A stretch of DNA of 64,000 bases, from NCBI GenBank assembly GCA_012295275.1, contig CM022678.1, positions 9,114,001 to 9,178,000 of the forward strand. The letters run 5' to 3'. The position numbers and the translations under genes are program-made. Under the pieces are notes generated by a model. That model saw nothing but the letters and a program-made list of their open reading frames with translations. It was not told the origin of the DNA and did no database searches. This DNA is from Chrysomallon squamiferum (taxonomy: Eukaryota; Animalia; Mollusca). Positions 57,956 to 64,000 of the stretch are shown one piece after another; the stretch's first letter is position 1, and each line of letters opens with the position of its first letter.

Positions 57956-58003
<48 letters not shown>

Positions 58004-58694
58004 GCGAACGTGACTAAAAGCATACGTTTGTTAATCTTTGTGTCCTGTTTTACATTACTATTGATTATACATTTATCTCATAAAAAAGATCGATAGTCGT
58101 CTCTATGTAACCATACAAGTTTAATCAATATCTATTTTGGTTGTAGAAGTAGATTATCTTTCTCTGTTGTCCAACAAACCTGTAAATCGGGTTTCACTTT
58201 ATGAAAAGATGAAAAAATTGTGACGGTTTTATTCAGAGACGCTATTCTCATTTATTCCTGAACGAAATATATATATATATATATATATATCAAATTAAAA
58301 ATTTTAATTGAATGTAACGCCATTGTAACACATGTTGCAATTACCTTAATTGGTAATTGCAACGTGTTAAATTAAAATGCTTACAAAATAACTGTGTTAC
58401 ATACACAAAATAACTGTGTTGATATAATATTCTACTAACAGTGTTGATATAATATTCAATCCCTTATTTGGTAAAACTATTGAGAAATATTACCATCCCG
58501 AAATGCTGTAGATAAATAGAGATGGAAATATCACCATTTTCGATATAATAATTAAGTGTTAGATTGGGAAATAAATTTTGATTTATTACACAGTTTGTTT
58601 TATGTTAATTTACAATATTTCCTATTACCTACTTTCTTTTCTTTTTCTTTCTTATTTTACTTTATTTTTATTCTTAAATTATTATTTTTATTTC

Positions 58695-58733
<39 letters not shown>

Positions 58734-59893
58734 TTTAAATTAACAAAGAAATAAATGTTCGATTCGACGAATTCAGTAGTTTGCTTAATTACAATAATAC
58801 ACGCTTTTTTCTTTCTTTAAAAAAGAAAAGGATTACAAGCAGAGTTCAAAGTTTACTACACGACACAAAAGTGGGGTTAAAGGTCAAGTTGTGTCACTCG
58901 TCGATCAGTGACTGTATACAAGAGTACAGGCAGACGTTCTATTTTGTTACTGTTGACAAAGGCTTTGGAATTTTATTAGTTGAAGAAAGTGAATACCTTT
59001 TTTATTTGTCATTAGTTTTTTTTTTATTTATTATTATTATATTATAACAATTATTATTATTATAATGATTCTTTTATTTTTTTTTTTTTTTTTTTATTAT
59101 TTCCTTTTTTTTTTAAATAATGCATACTATTGCAGACGTCTAGAACACACTAACCCCGATCAGGACAAAATATTTTCTAACACAATTTTTATTATTTTTA
59201 TATTTTATTACAATTTATAACACTCGTTATTTCTAACTCACCCTTTGGTTTTCTTTTCCCTCCTTCTTCTTCGTCTTTTTTTTTTTTTGAAAGCTTAATA
59301 CTTCTTCACTCATACTGTACGGAAATTCTTGCCGACATATTTAAATAAAATCAGTTGTTGAAACTGGGACAAAAGACGCACGCAAAGCTCGTGAAACAAA
59401 CATGGTTTTCAGCGAGTGAACTCTTGACCCACTTTTAACGTTATTACACTTCGTGCTTTATACGGCAATAACGAGTGTTCACGTACAAAACGATATTAGA
59501 ATGATTTGCAGGTGTCAAACCATTTCAAATGTCAGTCTGTTTCCACAATTTCATTTCTGTTGGATACGAATGTACGGGGTCGGAGGATGTGTAGTGAAAC
59601 ACTACATTTTCTGCAAGTAAGCGAAAAAGAGCTGTTCATTGTTCACTAAAATTAGCCAGCCTCTGATTTTTCATCTGACAAAATTACTAGCAATATTTAT
59701 TTATTTATTTATTTATTTATGTTCATCTTCTTCTTCGTCGACTTCATCTTATTATTATTATTATTATTATTATTTATTTTCTTCTTTTATTTTATTTTTA
59801 TTTTTCCTTCCTTCCTTTCTTTCTCCGTTTTTTTTATCTCTCTATCTCCGTTTTTTTTTTTTTTTTGATTAATTTGCTTTTATTTATTATTAT

Positions 59894-59930
<37 letters not shown>

Positions 59931-62900
59931 TATTAATATTATTATTTTTTTTTTTTTTTTACGGCAGAGTTCAGGAGGTGCAGACACATTTTACTACACG
60001 ATACAAACGTGGGGTTAAAGGTCAAGTTGTGTCACTCGTCGATCAGTGACTGTATACAAGAGTAAGGCAGACGTTTTTATTTTTTTATTAGTTGAAAGGC
60101 TTTGAATTTTATTTTTGAAGAAAGTGAATTATTTTTTTTTTTGTCATTTTATTTTTAAATATTATATTATAATAATTATTATTATTATAATGATTCTTTT
60201 ATTATTTTTTTTATTATATACTTTATTTGTTTAAATAATGCATATATGCATAATTTGTGTAGTTTTATTTCTTTTCCTAATATTAGTTTTATTGCATGTA
60301 ACATAAATAATCTTCAGGATTCTTAATAATAATACGGAATAAATAAATAAATAAAAATAAAATAAAATTTTGTGGATTAATATTACTTATGCATTTTAAA
60401 GTATTATATTTGATTGCAAAACAGAAAAGTGAAGGTGTAAAATGAATTGTAATATAATTTAACTAAATAAGTAAGACACATTAAAACTGTCAATAAAAGT
60501 TTTGTAGATGTCATAATGAACTTCATTATGAAGCTGTATTCAGTGTTTTATTTTTTCACTGATATTATATTTTTAATTATTTATTTAAGTACTATTGTTG
60601 TTATTATTTTTTTTTTTTTTTTTGTTTTCTTAAAAAAAAAATTTCATGGTGTTTTACTGTTGTTATAACTTAAGAATAACAATACTCTTATCTTAATAAT
60701 GTGCTGTATTGCATTCGACATTCCATTTATTACCTTTATTTAATTTAATTTATTATATTATTTCTGTTCTGAAGGTCAGTAACAAGACAGTTGAGGGTCA
60801 TGTATAAAACTGGACATGAGGCAGGTTTTGCCATCATCCTCACAACTCTAGAACAGACGATGTCCTTGTTGTTGATGTGGGAAGACTTTAGAATTCTTGT
60901 TTTCATTTAGAATTTCAGTTCTTGTTTTCATACACAGAAATAAAAACTCACACACAAGTATGTGGCCAACCAGTGTTTTTCTTATGCTATTTTCAGTATA
61001 TATATTTTTTTCTTCTTTTATTTTTATTATAACTGCTAGATATTAAAAGTTTATTTTAGTTACATTTAACTGTGGAAATTTACAAGATATATTTCAAGTA
61101 TATAATTTCACTACTGTGTCTTTTATAAAATAAACAGAAGCAAATTCACATTAAAGTAACATTTTAATTATATCTTATCACATTAAATGCTTTATTTATT
61201 GAAACTAATTTATGTGGCCAGATTTATGTTAGATAACCGCAGTTTTTTTTTTTGAGAAAAAACAAGAAAAAATAAGAAATAATTTGAAAGAAAGAGGTAT
61301 AATTTTACTGAAGCAGGACAACACAGTTATATTTTATTTCTGATTATAAATAGATAAATATTTTGCTGAATTAATATTATTATTAAATGAATAAGTGATT
61401 AATTGTTTTTATTTTCACAGCTGTTCTGCTACTGAGAGAGAAGTTTGAGTTGGACTTACTCACTGAACTCAATCTTCACTCAGACTTGAGTCACACTGTG
61501 TCACCTGACCTCACTGTATTCTCACACTGACCTAACACACAACAAACTTGTTAGAGGAACTTCAGGTCACAGCCTCTGAAGAATTTACAGGTCTTCTAAT
61601 GACACAGCATCCCAGAAACCATGTAAGACATGTTTGATTAATTTGCAGTGTAAGAATTTACCCACAATTCAATGGGTTTTTATTGTTTTAATTTGTTTTT
61701 TAACATATTTAAATATTTAAAAATTTTACATTTTCTTAGTAATTATTTCCAGAAGTTTCTGAGAACTTTATATCAGTAACTATGAGATTACTGATTTGAT
61801 TAGCAGTTATCAGTAGTTTTAAATATAACTAGCACTAATCTATCACTCACTTAATTGTACTTAGATGACAAAAGTCTGTTTACTTATTGTTTGTTATACT
61901 TAGAGATATTGAAAGTAGACATTTATGTACTATTTTTAGATAATAGCTTGGTGTTTCTTGGCTGCTGGACAGGAGGTTCAAAGATTCAAAGGTAAATAAA
62001 ATTAAGTTAATATGGTATGTGTATAAAAGTAGTTAGTTGAAAATTAAAATTTTAAATGTCAGTGTTTGTATTCATAACTGTATTAAAACAAGCTTTTCAT
62101 GTTGAGTGTGCTCAACACAGAGACAAAATAATATCTGAAATAATACTCAATTTGGCACAGTAAATTAATATATCTTGTTATTTGTTAAGAATTGCAGAAA
62201 CTCAAGAACACTGAACAAGCATGTTCCTAATGTTCAATTTATAGGTCAACCACCGCTAGTCTTGATAAACCACGATGTTTTGAACATACACGGATTCGAA
62301 AGTATGCTACGCTTTTCGAACCAATTTAAAGTGATGCTTGATAACCAGACTATTTTTTGTTTTTAAGTCGGAAACATTTTACTTGTTGAATATTCAATTT
62401 AATAGCATTTTGGAAATATTTCACGAGAATCCTAATGTTTTCATTTCTTTTCTCTTTTATTTGACAAATTATAACTTCTGTATTAAGGTTTCATACCAAA
62501 ATTGATTTTTATCTGACATACTAGTTGAATAAATGAGTTAATGTCAACTAATAATTATTTTATTTATAAGAAGGTCAGTGGTCCACTGAGATAAAGATAT
62601 TCAATCTAAGCAAGTACAAAGCTAAGAAACATTTGTTTCTGCTTCACTTATCACACCTGCAGCATTAATTCTTTTCAGATTCAAGATTGTATACATTTTA
62701 CTGCCCCTAATTAGCACTTACAACATCTATCAAGACAAGACAAAACTGCAATGCAAGCAGTATTGATAACACGTAAAAAGAACCTAATTTAAACAGTATT
62801 TTCTGTAATGATACAAAACATATTAATTTTTATTTAACCCAGAAGACTGATTCTCTCAAAGACAAGTTTATACAAAAGAGTTTTTTTTTCTTCCATAAAA

Positions 62901-62989
62901 TAAATGTCGAAATGTTATTATATTTGGTCTAAGTGTATAATATTTACTTCTCTCAAAAGAGAAAAATGTACAGTAAAAAATATAGTGGA

Positions 62990-63800
62990 ACTCACCACCA
63001 ATATCAGAATTACATAAAAGCTATATTCAGCTTTCCCTTTCAATATTAAAACATCTACCAGATACCATAGGAAGTTTGGTAATACTTGTTCTGTATTTAC
63101 CCTTTCAGTATTAAACCATCTACCAGATACCATAGGAAGTTTGACATTACTGGTTCTATATTTACATAAAGCTCTAGCATTTTCCACTGGCAGCTGTAAA
63201 CATAATCTTCTAATTTAAATTCACCGTTAAGCATTGTATAATAAATTCCTTTTCATGACTCGAATTTATGTCTATTCCATTTTTGTAACAACTGATTAGA
63301 ACATGCTGTTACAAGATCTTCACTTCCACATATAGATATATATTACATAAACCACATTCATCCAGTATATCTTTTATACAAGATAATCAAGGATTTGATA
63401 AATTATCTATATCAATAAAAATATCTACAGCACACCAGACAATTTAAACTCTTTGCAGTTAACAATATATTTTTATGTATTTGCATATAAAGCCTTTCAG
63501 TTATATCTAAATTAATAAAACCCCAGATTTCACATCCATATAATACTTTAGGTTTTACAAACTTGTCTAACAAATGTAAGTGACAGTGAAGTAATAAACT
63601 GAATTCTCTACATTTTTTTTTAATATAGCAAACACTGCATCTGAACATCAGCTGATAAAATCTTTTTTAGTATTCGATGATCCAGATTTACTTAAAATAA
63701 GGAATAGGTATTTAACCTCGGTAACAATTTCTACCTCCATATTATTAGATATAAATCTAAATGTATTTGTTTTTAGATTGCCTTCTGGAAACAATCTTAA
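62990..63800 (-). mobile_element. Decayed non-LTR retrotransposon ORF2 (end of RT to C-terminal domain)
   Basis: VEIVTEVKYL, LLDKFVKPKVLYGCEIWGF (compare LFD..V.PIL.YGCE.WG) and LCKYRTSNVKLPMVSGRWFN; contains a short internal duplication (63052/63117). Confidence 0.8.
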
Positions 63801-64000
63801 TTTTTAAGTAGAACTACTCACTGCACAACTGCTCACCAGTAAAGTGATAAACTTTACAACAGTAGTGATAATCTCTTAACAATAAAATAGGATCTGCTAA
63901 AATCAATACAATATTTTTTCTTTCTTTTACTTTATCTTAGAAATATAAAGTGTTCTAAAAACAAGATATTAATAGATTTCTAAATATACTATAGTTGGTT

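Larger units (their letters stand above)
52390..62432 (-). repeat. Inverted segmental duplication arm containing copy 3
   Basis: Reverse complement of 24935-38600 with internal deletions; homology ends at AATATTTCACGAGAATCC (about 62432). Confidence 0.92.

Overview
AT-rich, microsatellite-dense eukaryotic DNA, most like an invertebrate (mollusc-type) genome; the taxon is inferred. A 200-N assembly gap lies at 45329-45528. The main content is three paralogues of a gene with two coding exons encoding RING finger + coiled coil + Thr-rich VNTR linker + NHL-like six-bladed beta-propeller, i.e. a TRIM-like E3 ligase with no B-box: copy 1 (1841-3974 +), copy 2 (35773-37813 +) and copy 3 (53108-55108 -). 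The coiled coils are almost identical. The propellers differ by many amino-acid-changing substitutions (hand count, copy 2 vs copy 3: about 37 replacement codons vs 4-5 silent), mostly in two loops per blade that map to one face. This is the pattern expected of a diversifying recognition receptor. Copy 3 and its flanks are a mosaic (5' like copy 2, 3' like copy 1) in an inverted segmental duplication beyond the gap, so it may be a haplotig. Every copy has at least one frameshift as assembled, several in homopolymers, so some may be sequencing errors. The spacers are a patchwork of decayed transposons (LINEs, Gypsy integrase, MULE, Sola-like, hAT, Penelope-like), minisatellites (two derived from retroelement coding sequence) and a decayed multi-exon unit on the minus strand. 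All family assignments are by-eye motif recognition, not database searches.
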